From Elusimicrobiota bacterium (GTDB lineage Bacteria; Elusimicrobiota; Elusimicrobia; F11), in the NCBI GenBank assembly GCA_044221725.1, contig JBGAON010000002.1:256001-320000 (forward strand): a stretch of DNA of 64,000 bases, read 5' to 3'. Shown here one piece after another: positions 8,970 to 17,918 of the stretch. The first letter of the stretch is position 1; each line of letters opens with the position of its first letter. The notes beneath the pieces were generated by a model. That model worked only from the letters and a program-made list of their open reading frames with translations, made no database searches and had not been told where the DNA came from. The translations under genes were made by a program, and so were the position numbers.

Positions 8970-10495
8970 GAACGGTAAACGAAAAGATCCGGCATATTGG
9001 TGAGCTCGCCTCCGAACTCGAGCACGAACGCAAGAAGCGAAAGAAGATTGTGCTCTGCCATGGCGTGTTTGATTTGATGCACCCGGGGCATATCCTTTAT
9101 TTTCAGGGCGCAAAAAAGCATGGGGATGTTTTGGTCGTGACGGTCACGCCCGATAACTTTGTCAACAAAGGCCCCGGCCGTCCGGTGTTCAATCAGCGGC
9201 TTCGCATGGAATCGATCGCGTCGCTTGAGTGCGTGGACTACGTGGCGCTGAACGAATGGCCGACCGCGGTGGAAACAATTCGCCGGCTAAAGCCCCACGT
9301 GTACGCCAAGGGCCAAGATTACGCGAACGCGGCTTCCGACATCACGGGCCAGATCCGCAACGAGATGGCGGCCGTGAAAGCGGTGGGTGGGAAAACGGTT
9401 TTCACAAACGAGCAGGCTTTCAGCTCGAGCAGCCTCATTAACAAGTTTTTCGATGTCTATCCGCCCGCCACGAGCCAGTATTTAAAAGACTTTCGAAACA
9501 AGCACACGGCGTCCGATATTTTCAAGTTGTTTAAAGAGGCGTCGAAATTAAAAGGACTCGTCATCGGCGAGGCGATCTTGGATCAGTACTGTTATTGCAA
9601 CCCGATGGCGAAGAGTCCAAAGGAAACCATCGTCGCCTCGCGTTTCTTGTCCGAGGAGAATTTTCCGGGCGGAAGCCTCGCGATCGCCAATCACTTGGCC
9701 GGAATTTGCAAATCGGTCACGCTCGTGACGGCAATGGGGAAAGAACCGCACATTCTCAAGTATTTCAAGAAAAAACTTCGTTCGAACGTTCAATTTCGTC
9801 CGCACTTTATGAACAACGCGCCCACGATAACGAAGCGACGTTACGTGGAACCTAACTTTCTTACGAAAATGTTTGAGATTCAATATTTGGATGATTCTTT
9901 GCTCTCGCCATCCGAAGAATCTCAGATCGTGAACGAGCTGCGCGACATGCTGCCCAAATACGACTTCGTGGTGGTGGCCGATTATGGGCATGGACTGTTC
10001 ACGCAGCGGCTGCGAGACGAGGTCTGCAGCCTGGCCAAATTCCTTTGCGTGAACACGCAAACGAACAGCGCGAACTACGGTTTCAACGTGGCAACCAAAT
10101 ACCACAAAGCCGATTTCGTTTCGATCGATGAACCGGAATTGAAGCTGGCACTGCGCACCAAGGTGGGCGATGTTGCTTCGCTGGCGCAGCGCCTGCGCGA
10201 CGAAATTAAATCCCGCATGTTGCTCGTAAGCTTGGGCCATAACGGGTCGGTCATCGTGAGCAACCGGAACAGCACGTTTAAAACGCCGATTTTCTCGGGA
10301 CGTGTGGTTGACCGTATCGGTGCGGGCGACGCGGTGTTCGCGATCACATCGCCGTTCGTGTTCAACGGCGTTTCGGAAGATATCATTGGTTTCTTGGGGA
10401 GCTGCGCGGGCGCGATGGCGGTCGGCACCGTTTGTAACCGCGATCCTATTGATCCGGTTCAGCTTCAGAAATTTATTACGGGACTTATGAAATGA
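8966..10495 (+). CDS. Bifunctional nucleotidyltransferase (N-terminal) / PfkB-type sugar kinase (C-terminal), RfaE/HldE-like with reversed domain order
   Basis: N-terminal HGVFDLMHPGH (HxGH), KGPGRP and KGQDY. C-terminal GEAILDQY, DYGHG and VDRIGAGDA (PfkB signature). Confidence 0.85.
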   Translation: MRTVNEKIRHIGELASELEHERKKRKKIVLCHGVFDLMHPGHILYFQGAKKHGDVLVVTVTPDNFVNKGPGRPVFNQRLRMESIASLECVDYVALNEWPTAVETIRRLKPHVYAKGQDYANAASDITGQIRNEMAAVKAVGGKTVFTNEQAFSSSSLINKFFDVYPPATSQYLKDFRNKHTASDIFKLFKEASKLKGLVIGEAILDQYCYCNPMAKSPKETIVASRFLSEENFPGGSLAIANHLAGICKSVTLVTAMGKEPHILKYFKKKLRSNVQFRPHFMNNAPTITKRRYVEPNFLTKMFEIQYLDDSLLSPSEESQIVNELRDMLPKYDFVVVADYGHGLFTQRLRDEVCSLAKFLCVNTQTNSANYGFNVATKYHKADFVSIDEPELKLALRTKVGDVASLAQRLRDEIKSRMLLVSLGHNGSVIVSNRNSTFKTPIFSGRVVDRIGAGDAVFAITSPFVFNGVSEDIIGFLGSCAGAMAVGTVCNRDPIDPVQLQKFITGLMK

Positions 10496-11490
10496 CGAAA
10501 TTTAAATCCGTTTGCGTGATTGGGGGCGCCGGTTATGTGGGCGCTGTGCTCGTGCCAAAGTTGCTTGAGAAAGGCTACGAGGTCCGCGTGCTGGATCTTT
10601 TTATTTATGGCGATGACGTGTTTGGCAGCGCCGCCAAAAATCCGCGACTGAAATCGGTCAAGGGCGATATTCGCAGCAAAACGGATCTCGAAAAGGCGGT
10701 TCCAGGTTCGGACGCCATTATTCATTTGGCGTGCATTTCCAACGACCCAAGTTTTGAACTGAATCCGGAGCTCGGGAAATCGATCAACTACGATCCGTTT
10801 CCGATGCTCATCGACCTCGCGAAGAAATCGAACGTGAAGCGGTTTGTGTACGCGTCGAGCTCAAGCGTTTATGGCGTTAAAGATACGCCCAACGTGAACG
10901 AAGAACTTTCACTTGAGCCGCTCACCGATTACTCGAAGTACAAAGCGCTTTGCGAGAAAATTTTGCTCGATGCCAAGGCGCCGAGTTTTGTACCGCTCGT
11001 TTTGAGGCCGGCGACCGTTTGTGGCTATTCACCGCGATTGCGACTCGACTTGTCGGTCAACATCCTCACGAACCACGCCATTAACAAAGGAAAGATAACC
11101 GTGTTCGGCGGTGACCAAATGCGGCCGAACATCCATATCGACGATGTCACTGATCTGTACGTGCAGTCGCTCGAATGGCCCGATGAGAAGATCAATGGCA
11201 AAATTTTTAATGTCGGCTACGAAAACCACACGGTCATGCAGCTCGCCGAGATCGTGAAGAAAGAAGTGGGCAGCAACGTGCAGATCGTTGTCGAACCCAC
11301 AAAAGATCATCGCTCGTATCACATTTCATCTGAAAAAATAAAACGCGAGCTTGGTTTTGTTCCAAAGAAAACGATTAACGATGCCGTGCGCGATCTCGTG
11401 AAAGCGTTTAAAGCGGGGCTTATTCCCGATTCGATGAAAGCGAGCCGCTATTACAACATCAAGCGCATGCAGGAGCTCAATTTAAAGTGA
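10492..11490 (+). CDS. NAD-dependent nucleotide-sugar epimerase/dehydratase
   Basis: GGAGYVG, HLACISNDP, ASSSSVYG, YSKYK and RPATVCG motifs. Confidence 0.9.
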   Translation: MTKFKSVCVIGGAGYVGAVLVPKLLEKGYEVRVLDLFIYGDDVFGSAAKNPRLKSVKGDIRSKTDLEKAVPGSDAIIHLACISNDPSFELNPELGKSINYDPFPMLIDLAKKSNVKRFVYASSSSVYGVKDTPNVNEELSLEPLTDYSKYKALCEKILLDAKAPSFVPLVLRPATVCGYSPRLRLDLSVNILTNHAINKGKITVFGGDQMRPNIHIDDVTDLYVQSLEWPDEKINGKIFNVGYENHTVMQLAEIVKKEVGSNVQIVVEPTKDHRSYHISSEKIKRELGFVPKKTINDAVRDLVKAFKAGLIPDSMKASRYYNIKRMQELNLK

Positions 11491-12311
11491 AAGCAGCCGC
11501 TTCCGTCGATCTCGAAAAAATTGCCGCGCAGATCCGTGGGAAGCTTGTTGAAATGTCGCACCGTGCCGAGACGCCGCATCTCGGTGGATCGCTTTCCTGT
11601 GTGGATATTCTCGTCGCGCTCTACTGGGGCGTGTTAAAAATTGATCCGAAGAACGCCACCGACAATTCCCGCGATCGATTTATTTTCAGTAAAGGCCACG
11701 CCGCCACCGCGCTGTATACAGCGCTTGCTCTCAAAGGTTTCATTGATCCCGCCATGCTCGACACCTACGCCGAAGCCGGCAGCCCGCTTTGCGAGCATCC
11801 CGGACCGCAATGCGTCCCGGGCGTGGAAGCGGCGACCGGGTCCTTGGGACACGGATTGCCGATCGCGGTTGGAATGGCGCTCGCCGCGCGCGTGAAGAAA
11901 GAGAAGCATCGTGTGTTTGCCCTTTTGTCCGATGGCGAATGCGATGAAGGTTCGGTTTGGGAAGCGGCGATGTTTGCGGGCGGGCAGAAGCTGAACACGC
12001 TCACGGCGATTGTCGACTACAACAAATGGCAGGCGACCGGCCGCTCAAACGAAGTGATGGCACTCGCTCCGCTCAAACAGAAATGGGAAGCGTTTGGTTG
12101 GCACGCAGTGGAACTGAACGGTCACAATATTTCCGAATTGATTGCGGCCTTGAGTCTCGCACCACACGCGAGCGGTAAGCCTGTGGCCATCGTCGCGAAC
12201 ACCGTAAAAGGAAAAGGCATTTCGTTTATGGAAGACGACAACAATTGGCATTACCGAACGCCGACGGCCGAAGAAGTAGTGAAAGCGAAAAAAGAGTTGG
12301 GACTTCTGTGA
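11487..12311 (+). CDS. Transketolase, N-terminal (ThDP-binding) subunit
   Basis: HLGGSLS, RDRFIFSKGHA, ATGSLGHGL, SDGECDEG...N (ThDP motif) and TVKGKG motifs. Confidence 0.92.
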   Translation: MKAAASVDLEKIAAQIRGKLVEMSHRAETPHLGGSLSCVDILVALYWGVLKIDPKNATDNSRDRFIFSKGHAATALYTALALKGFIDPAMLDTYAEAGSPLCEHPGPQCVPGVEAATGSLGHGLPIAVGMALAARVKKEKHRVFALLSDGECDEGSVWEAAMFAGGQKLNTLTAIVDYNKWQATGRSNEVMALAPLKQKWEAFGWHAVELNGHNISELIAALSLAPHASGKPVAIVANTVKGKGISFMEDDNNWHYRTPTAEEVVKAKKELGLL

Positions 12312-13237
12312 GAAACGCGTTCGCCGCCGAAATCACCGCGCTTGGAAAGTCCGATCCCTCCATCGTTCTTTTGTCGGGCGACATCGGTAACAAACTTTTT
12401 GACAACTACAAAGCCGCGCAAGCCGATCGTTTCTTCAATTGCGGCGTTGCCGAGCAAAACATGGTTGGTGTCGCGGCCGGGATGGCGCTTTCGGGACTTC
12501 GCCCGGTTGTCTACACGATCAATTCGTTTTTGATTGGGCGAAGCTTCGAGCAAATTCGGTTGGATGTTTGCTACCACAATTTGCCGGTCGTGCTCGTCGG
12601 CGTTGGAGGCGGACTCGGCTACGCGTCGCTGGGTCCGACGCATCACTCGCTCGAAGATGTGGCGATTCTTAAATCGTTGCCCAATCTCACGATTCTGTGC
12701 CCGGCCGATCCCGTCGAGACGAGGGTGATGTTGCGCGAAGCGGTTAAACAGAAAGGTCCGGTGTTCATTCGTATCGGGAAAAAAGGCGAAGAGGTGATGC
12801 ACAAAGAACCTTTGTCGTACAAATGGGGAGACGCCATCACGATCACAGAGGGGAAAGACGTTTGCTTGCTTTCGACCGGCGTGGTGTTGCCGCTTGCGCG
12901 CGATGTGGCAAAAAAACTTTCCGAAAAAAATATAACGTCTCGCGTCGTTAGCGTGCCGATGATAAAGCCGCTCAACGAAGCGCTGCTTAAATCGGTGTTC
13001 GCGAATTTTTCTGCGGTCGTAAGTGTCGAAGAACATTTCCGCATTGGCGGTTTTGGGGCGAGCGTTGCGGAATGGCTTGCGGATCAAGGTCCGCAAAAAG
13101 CGACATTCCTGCGATACGGCACCGCGGACGAGTTTATGCACGAAGCCTCGACGCTGGAGTACGCGCGCGAGAAATTGGGTTTGTCGGAACAAAAAATAAT
13201 TTCGGATATCGAGAAATCGTTGAGGAGGACGTCTTGA
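12308..13237 (+). CDS. Transketolase, C-terminal (pyrimidine-binding) subunit
   Basis: RFFNCGVAEQNMVGVAAG, EQIRLD, GPTHHS and VEEH motifs. GTG start at 12308 overlaps the previous stop. Confidence 0.92.
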   Translation: MRNAFAAEITALGKSDPSIVLLSGDIGNKLFDNYKAAQADRFFNCGVAEQNMVGVAAGMALSGLRPVVYTINSFLIGRSFEQIRLDVCYHNLPVVLVGVGGGLGYASLGPTHHSLEDVAILKSLPNLTILCPADPVETRVMLREAVKQKGPVFIRIGKKGEEVMHKEPLSYKWGDAITITEGKDVCLLSTGVVLPLARDVAKKLSEKNITSRVVSVPMIKPLNEALLKSVFANFSAVVSVEEHFRIGGFGASVAEWLADQGPQKATFLRYGTADEFMHEASTLEYAREKLGLSEQKIISDIEKSLRRTS

Positions 13238-14271
13238 AAACCAGCACCGCTGTTTTAGTTGAACTTGGAAAACCTTTGGAGATTGCCGATCTTGAAATCC
13301 CGTCGCTGCAACCGGGACAATCGATTGTTGAAATCTTGGTGAGCGGCATTTGTCAGACGCAACTGCTCGAGGCGCGTGGATACAAAGGCGAAGACAAATT
13401 TTTGCCGCACTGCTTGGGGCACGAAGGAATCGGTATTGTTCGCGAAGTGGGGCCCGGCGTCAAGAAAGTGAAAGTGGACGACACAGTGGTTCTCTCGTGG
13501 ATGAAAGGATCCGGTTTTGAAGTGCCGAGCACGAAATACGTCTGGAGCGGCAAAACTGTGAATTCGGGAGCGATCACGACGTTTGGTCGCTATTCGGTGA
13601 TTAGCGAAAACCGACTGAACAAAGTTTCACCGGATTTCCCGAAAAAAGAATCGGCGTTTTTTGGTTGTGCGCTTCCCACCGGAATGGGTGCGGTGCTCAA
13701 CACCGCGCGCGCGCAAGCCGGACAAAGCTTGGCGGTGTTTGGCGTGGGCGGGGTCGGACTTTTCGCAATTATGGGCGCTGTGGTGGCCGGTTGTTATCCG
13801 GTGATTGCGGTTGACGTGAACCAAATGAAGCTGGATGCCGCAAAAAAGATTGGCGCGACGCACACGGTGCTCGTAAAAGGGGACAACGTTCTCAAAGATT
13901 TGGCGGCCATCGTTCCGGAGGGTTTGGATTTTGCGATTGAAGCGTCCGGCCAGCCGATCGCGATGCAACAAGCTCTTGAAAGTGTTCGGCCGCGCGGTGG
14001 AACGGCGGTTGTCATCGGGAATGCGAAGCACGGCAGCAAGATCGAAGTGAATCCTCGGCAATTGAACGATGGAAAGCGGTTGCTGGGCACCTGGGGTGGC
14101 GACAACGACCCGGACGTTCATTTTCCGCGGTACTTCAAGCTCTTCCAATCAGGCCGGATCAAAACCGATTTGTTCACCACGAATGTTTACCCGCTCGGTC
14201 AGATCAATCGCGCGATGGACGAACTCGAAGCCGGAAAAGTGGTGCGACCGCTTATTGACATGAAGATCTGA
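13234..14271 (+). CDS. Zinc-binding alcohol dehydrogenase (MDR family)
   Basis: GICQTQ, LGHEG, GCALPTG and GVGGVG motifs. TTG start at 13234 after GAGGAGG. The structural-zinc Cys cluster is absent. Confidence 0.85.
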   Translation: MKTSTAVLVELGKPLEIADLEIPSLQPGQSIVEILVSGICQTQLLEARGYKGEDKFLPHCLGHEGIGIVREVGPGVKKVKVDDTVVLSWMKGSGFEVPSTKYVWSGKTVNSGAITTFGRYSVISENRLNKVSPDFPKKESAFFGCALPTGMGAVLNTARAQAGQSLAVFGVGGVGLFAIMGAVVAGCYPVIAVDVNQMKLDAAKKIGATHTVLVKGDNVLKDLAAIVPEGLDFAIEASGQPIAMQQALESVRPRGGTAVVIGNAKHGSKIEVNPRQLNDGKRLLGTWGGDNDPDVHFPRYFKLFQSGRIKTDLFTTNVYPLGQINRAMDELEAGKVVRPLIDMKI

Positions 14272-14843
14272 TGCGGATTGGCATCGACTTCGACAACACG
14301 ATTGTCTGTTTCGATCCGCTGTTCTTGTCGGCCGCCCGCCAGAAAAAATTAATCCCTGCGAAGGCTCCGCTTTCCAAAAAAGGAATTCACGATTGGCTGC
14401 ACGCCGAAAAGAAAAACGATGAATGGACGCGTCTGCAGGGCATCGTGTACGGCCAGCTAATCGCGAAGGCCGAGCCATTCCCCGGGGTGAGCGATTTTTT
14501 CGCCAAAGCCAGAGAAAAGGGTCACGAGCTCCTTATTATTAGCCACAAGACCGCCAAGTCCGCGCTGTCGCCGTTTACGGATTTGCACGGACCCGCGTAC
14601 GCGTGGCTGACCGCGCACGAATTTACGGAGAAAGCGTTTTTTGAACCCACACAGGAACAGAAAATCAAACGCATCGCCGCCATGAAGTGCGATGTCGTGA
14701 TTGATGATCTGCTCGAATTTCTTGAGCGCCCTGACTTCCCATCTTCGGTTAGAAAGATCCTGTTCGATCCGCACAACGAACACAAGAAGGTATCGTTCGA
14801 ACGCGAAACGTCTTGGCAAGGTTTGGCGCGCCTGCTTCTGTGA
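14271..14843 (+). CDS. HAD-superfamily hydrolase/phosphatase-like protein
   Basis: IGIDFDNTI (DxD motif I), ISHKT (motif II) and IDDL (motif IV). Confidence 0.7.
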   Translation: MRIGIDFDNTIVCFDPLFLSAARQKKLIPAKAPLSKKGIHDWLHAEKKNDEWTRLQGIVYGQLIAKAEPFPGVSDFFAKAREKGHELLIISHKTAKSALSPFTDLHGPAYAWLTAHEFTEKAFFEPTQEQKIKRIAAMKCDVVIDDLLEFLERPDFPSSVRKILFDPHNEHKKVSFERETSWQGLARLLL

Positions 14844-15805
14844 GCAACTCCTTCCAAATGATTCCGCTCGGAGGGGCGGGAAACAACAAAGGTTTTCTTG
14901 TTCGGCGCGGCCCGAAGAAATATTTCCTGAAAGTGTATGCGCAGCACGCGGGGGACAAACGGAACCGGTTGCGAAACGAGTTTCGGTTTTGCGAATTCGC
15001 GTGGAAGCAGGGCCTTCGCTCCGTGCCAAAGCCGCTGGCGAAAGACGAGGTCGGGCGTCTCGGAATTTACGAGTTTGTTGAGGGGCGACCGCTCACCGAA
15101 TCCGATATCAATCGACGTCGGGTGACCGAAATGGCGACGTTTTTTGTCGAGCTGAACAAACACCGTGCTTCAAAGGCCGCCGCGCGATTGGCGGCCGCCT
15201 CCGAAGCGTGTTTTTCGATCAATGACCACCTTCTCCTCGTGGACGAGCGTGTTCGCCGGCTCCGTCGCATAAAACCCGTTACCCCGGTTCATCGCTTGGC
15301 CATTCGGTTCGTCTCATCGAAACTTGTTCCAACCTGGGCGGAAATAAAAAATGGTGTGCGACGCGGTGCGCGCGACGAAAAAGTTTCCGTCGCGGCTGTT
15401 TTGCCGCAAAAGTTGCGCTGTTTATCGCCGTCGGATTTCGGTTTTCACAACGCTATTCTCACGCCCAAAAATCGTCTGCGGTTCGTCGATTTTGAATATG
15501 CTGGCTGGGATGATCCGGCGAAGGGTATTTGCGACTTTATTTTGCAGCCGCGACTGCCATTCCCAAAGAAATTTTCGTCGGATTTTTTGAAACCCCTTCG
15601 ACGATATTTCCAAGCGGACGTCACATTGGGCGCACGTTGCCGATTGCTTTATCCGGTGCTCGCGCTCAAATGGAGTTGCATTGCTCTTAATTCGTTTTTG
15701 CCGGAGAGATTTGAATCCGGAAACGAAACTTCAAAAATGCTAATTCGACGCGTAAATAAAGCGAAAAATTACTTGAAGGAAGTTCGATTTCCGGTGATAT
15801 TTTAA
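14840..15805 (+). CDS. Aminoglycoside phosphotransferase/choline kinase-like kinase
   Basis: GGAGNN, FLKVY, SPSDFGFHN (Brenner-like motif) and VDFEYAGWDDP. Start may be GTG 14840 or ATG 14858. Confidence 0.75.
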   Translation: MSNSFQMIPLGGAGNNKGFLVRRGPKKYFLKVYAQHAGDKRNRLRNEFRFCEFAWKQGLRSVPKPLAKDEVGRLGIYEFVEGRPLTESDINRRRVTEMATFFVELNKHRASKAAARLAAASEACFSINDHLLLVDERVRRLRRIKPVTPVHRLAIRFVSSKLVPTWAEIKNGVRRGARDEKVSVAAVLPQKLRCLSPSDFGFHNAILTPKNRLRFVDFEYAGWDDPAKGICDFILQPRLPFPKKFSSDFLKPLRRYFQADVTLGARCRLLYPVLALKWSCIALNSFLPERFESGNETSKMLIRRVNKAKNYLKEVRFPVIF

Positions 15806-15823
15806 GCAGAAAGGAGTTGTTCG

Positions 15824-16486
15824 ATGGCTTACGTAGATTTCATCATGGGGTTACACAAATCCACCAAGCGCGATTATGTTCAACGCGTTGTGGAGTACGA
15901 CAAAGCCGAGTGCGCCGAGGTCGCCACGAAGTTTGGCAAAGATTATTGGGATGGCGACCGCAAATACGGCTACGGCGGCTACAAATACGACGGGCGCTGG
16001 CGCGCGATCGCCGAAGCGATGGTGAAACACTACAAGCTGAAACCCGATGCGAAAATCTTAGACGTGGGCTGCGGAAAAGGATTTCTGCTCTATGAATTTA
16101 TGCAAGTTCTTCCGAAGGCGCAGGTCACTGGAATTGATATCTCATCGTATGGAATTGAAAACGCAAAACCGGAGGTAAAGCCGTTTTTGCAAGTGGGAAA
16201 CGCGACGAAGCTTCCGTTTCCGGACAAGTCGTTTGATTTTGTGGTCTCGATCACGACGTTTCATAACCTGCGCAATTACGAATTGTGGTCCGCGTTAAAA
16301 GAGGTTGAACGCGTGGGCAGAGGTGCCAAACACATTATCATCGAATCCTTCCGCAACGAGCGGGAGAAAGCGAATCTGCTTTATTGGCAACTCACGTGCC
16401 GGAGCTTTTACTCACCCGATGAATGGGAATGGATTTTTAAACAAACCGGTTACACCGGCGACTATTCGTACATTGTTTTCGAGTAA
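15824..16486 (+). CDS. Class I SAM-dependent methyltransferase
   Basis: ILDVGCGKGF, GIDIS and LPFPDKSFDFV motifs. AAGGAG ribosome-binding site upstream. Confidence 0.88.
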   Translation: MAYVDFIMGLHKSTKRDYVQRVVEYDKAECAEVATKFGKDYWDGDRKYGYGGYKYDGRWRAIAEAMVKHYKLKPDAKILDVGCGKGFLLYEFMQVLPKAQVTGIDISSYGIENAKPEVKPFLQVGNATKLPFPDKSFDFVVSITTFHNLRNYELWSALKEVERVGRGAKHIIIESFRNEREKANLLYWQLTCRSFYSPDEWEWIFKQTGYTGDYSYIVFE

Positions 16487-16506
16487 GTGCATGATCAGCC
16501 CGCCCC

Positions 16507-17916
16507 ATGCTGTTTAATTCGTTTCGTTTCCTCATCTTCTTCCCGGTTGTCACCGCCGTTTATTTCCTGCTTCCGTTCCGCGCGCGTTGGTTTTGGTTAT
16601 TGGCCGCCAGTTGTTACTTCTACATGTGTTTTATTCCCGTTTATATTCTCATTTTGTTTTTCACGATCACGGTCGATTATGTGGCCGCTCGTGCGATGGA
16701 GCGAACGTCGGGTGGGACGCGTCGCTCGATTTTATTGGCAAGCATCGTGGCGAACGTTGGCGTGCTGGCCGTTTTTAAATATTTCAATTTCTTGAACGCG
16801 AATTTTTCGCAGTTGGCCCATCTCATCGCGTGGAATTATCCGATACCGATGCTGAAGATTATTTTGCCGATTGGACTTTCTTTCCACACATTCCAGTCGC
16901 TCAGTTACACGATCGAGGTTTATCGCGGAAACCAAAAAGCCGAACACCATTTCGGTATTTTCGCGTTGTACGTCATGTTTTATCCGCAGCTCGTGGCAGG
17001 TCCCATCGAACGACCGCAAAACCTTTTGCATCAATTTTATGAGGAACATCGTTTTAACTATGAGCGATTTCGCAGCGGCATTGTTCTGATGGCCTGGGGA
17101 CTTTTTAAAAAAGTCGTCGTTGCGGATCGCGTTTCCACATTGGTCGACCAAGTCTACAACCATCCGAGTCAGTTTCAGGGAGTGGCACTTCTGGCGGCAA
17201 CGTTCTTTTTTGCGGTTCAAATCTACTGCGATTTCTCAGGATATTCGGACATCGCACGCGGATGCGCGCAAGTGATGGGATTTCGGCTCATGGAAAACTT
17301 TCGGTCGCCGTATTTTTCTGAATCGATCGCCGAGTTTTGGAAGCGTTGGCATATTTCGCTCTCCACGTGGTTTCGAGACTATGTGTATATCCCGCTTGGT
17401 GGGCGTCACGTCACAAAGAGCCGATGGGTTTTCAATTTGCTGCTCACGTTCATGCTGAGCGGGCTTTGGCATGGCGCGAACTGGACGTTCGTCTGCTGGG
17501 GACTGCTGCATGGGTGTTTTGTCGGACTGTATTACGTGAAAGGAGATCGGTTTCATCTCTGGCGCCCGCTGCGCGCGCTCGCAACGTTTGCGGTGGTGTG
17601 CGTCTCGTGGGTTTTCTTCCGCGCGAGCAATGTGTCCGACGCGCTTTATATTTTGAGGCACCAGTTTTCCAATCTTCTCGCGCCGATGGGCAACGCAATT
17701 GCAAATCTCGGGCTGCTTCGTGTTGATTGGATTGTCGTGGCTGTTACCATTCCGGTGCTTTTCGGAATTGAAAAATGGTCGGAAAAACAGGATTGGCGCG
17801 AGATATTGCTTCGTCAAAATGCGGTGCTTCGATGGACGGCGTATGCGGCTCTTGTTTTTGTGATTGTGGTGTTCGGCGTCTTTCGAGAAGCGCAGTTTAT
17901 TTATTTTCAGTTTTAG
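16507..17916 (+). CDS. MBOAT-family O-acyltransferase (AlgI/PatA-like)
   Basis: MLFNS, LPIGLSFHTFQ, FYPQLVAGPIER, IYCDFSGYSDIA, FWKRWHISLSTWFRDYVYIPLGG, GLWHGANWTF and C-terminal FIYFQF. Confidence 0.95.
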   Translation: MLFNSFRFLIFFPVVTAVYFLLPFRARWFWLLAASCYFYMCFIPVYILILFFTITVDYVAARAMERTSGGTRRSILLASIVANVGVLAVFKYFNFLNANFSQLAHLIAWNYPIPMLKIILPIGLSFHTFQSLSYTIEVYRGNQKAEHHFGIFALYVMFYPQLVAGPIERPQNLLHQFYEEHRFNYERFRSGIVLMAWGLFKKVVVADRVSTLVDQVYNHPSQFQGVALLAATFFFAVQIYCDFSGYSDIARGCAQVMGFRLMENFRSPYFSESIAEFWKRWHISLSTWFRDYVYIPLGGRHVTKSRWVFNLLLTFMLSGLWHGANWTFVCWGLLHGCFVGLYYVKGDRFHLWRPLRALATFAVVCVSWVFFRASNVSDALYILRHQFSNLLAPMGNAIANLGLLRVDWIVVAVTIPVLFGIEKWSEKQDWREILLRQNAVLRWTAYAALVFVIVVFGVFREAQFIYFQF

Positions 17917-17918
17917 CT

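Noticed and set aside
11487..13237. Housekeeping pentose-phosphate transketolase or DXP synthase
   Set aside because: The split short subunits are embedded in and coupled to nucleotide-sugar genes, so the context argues for a specialised role.
14840..15805. Aminoglycoside resistance gene
   Set aside because: Only fold-level APH similarity, an atypical catalytic loop, and a biosynthetic operon context.
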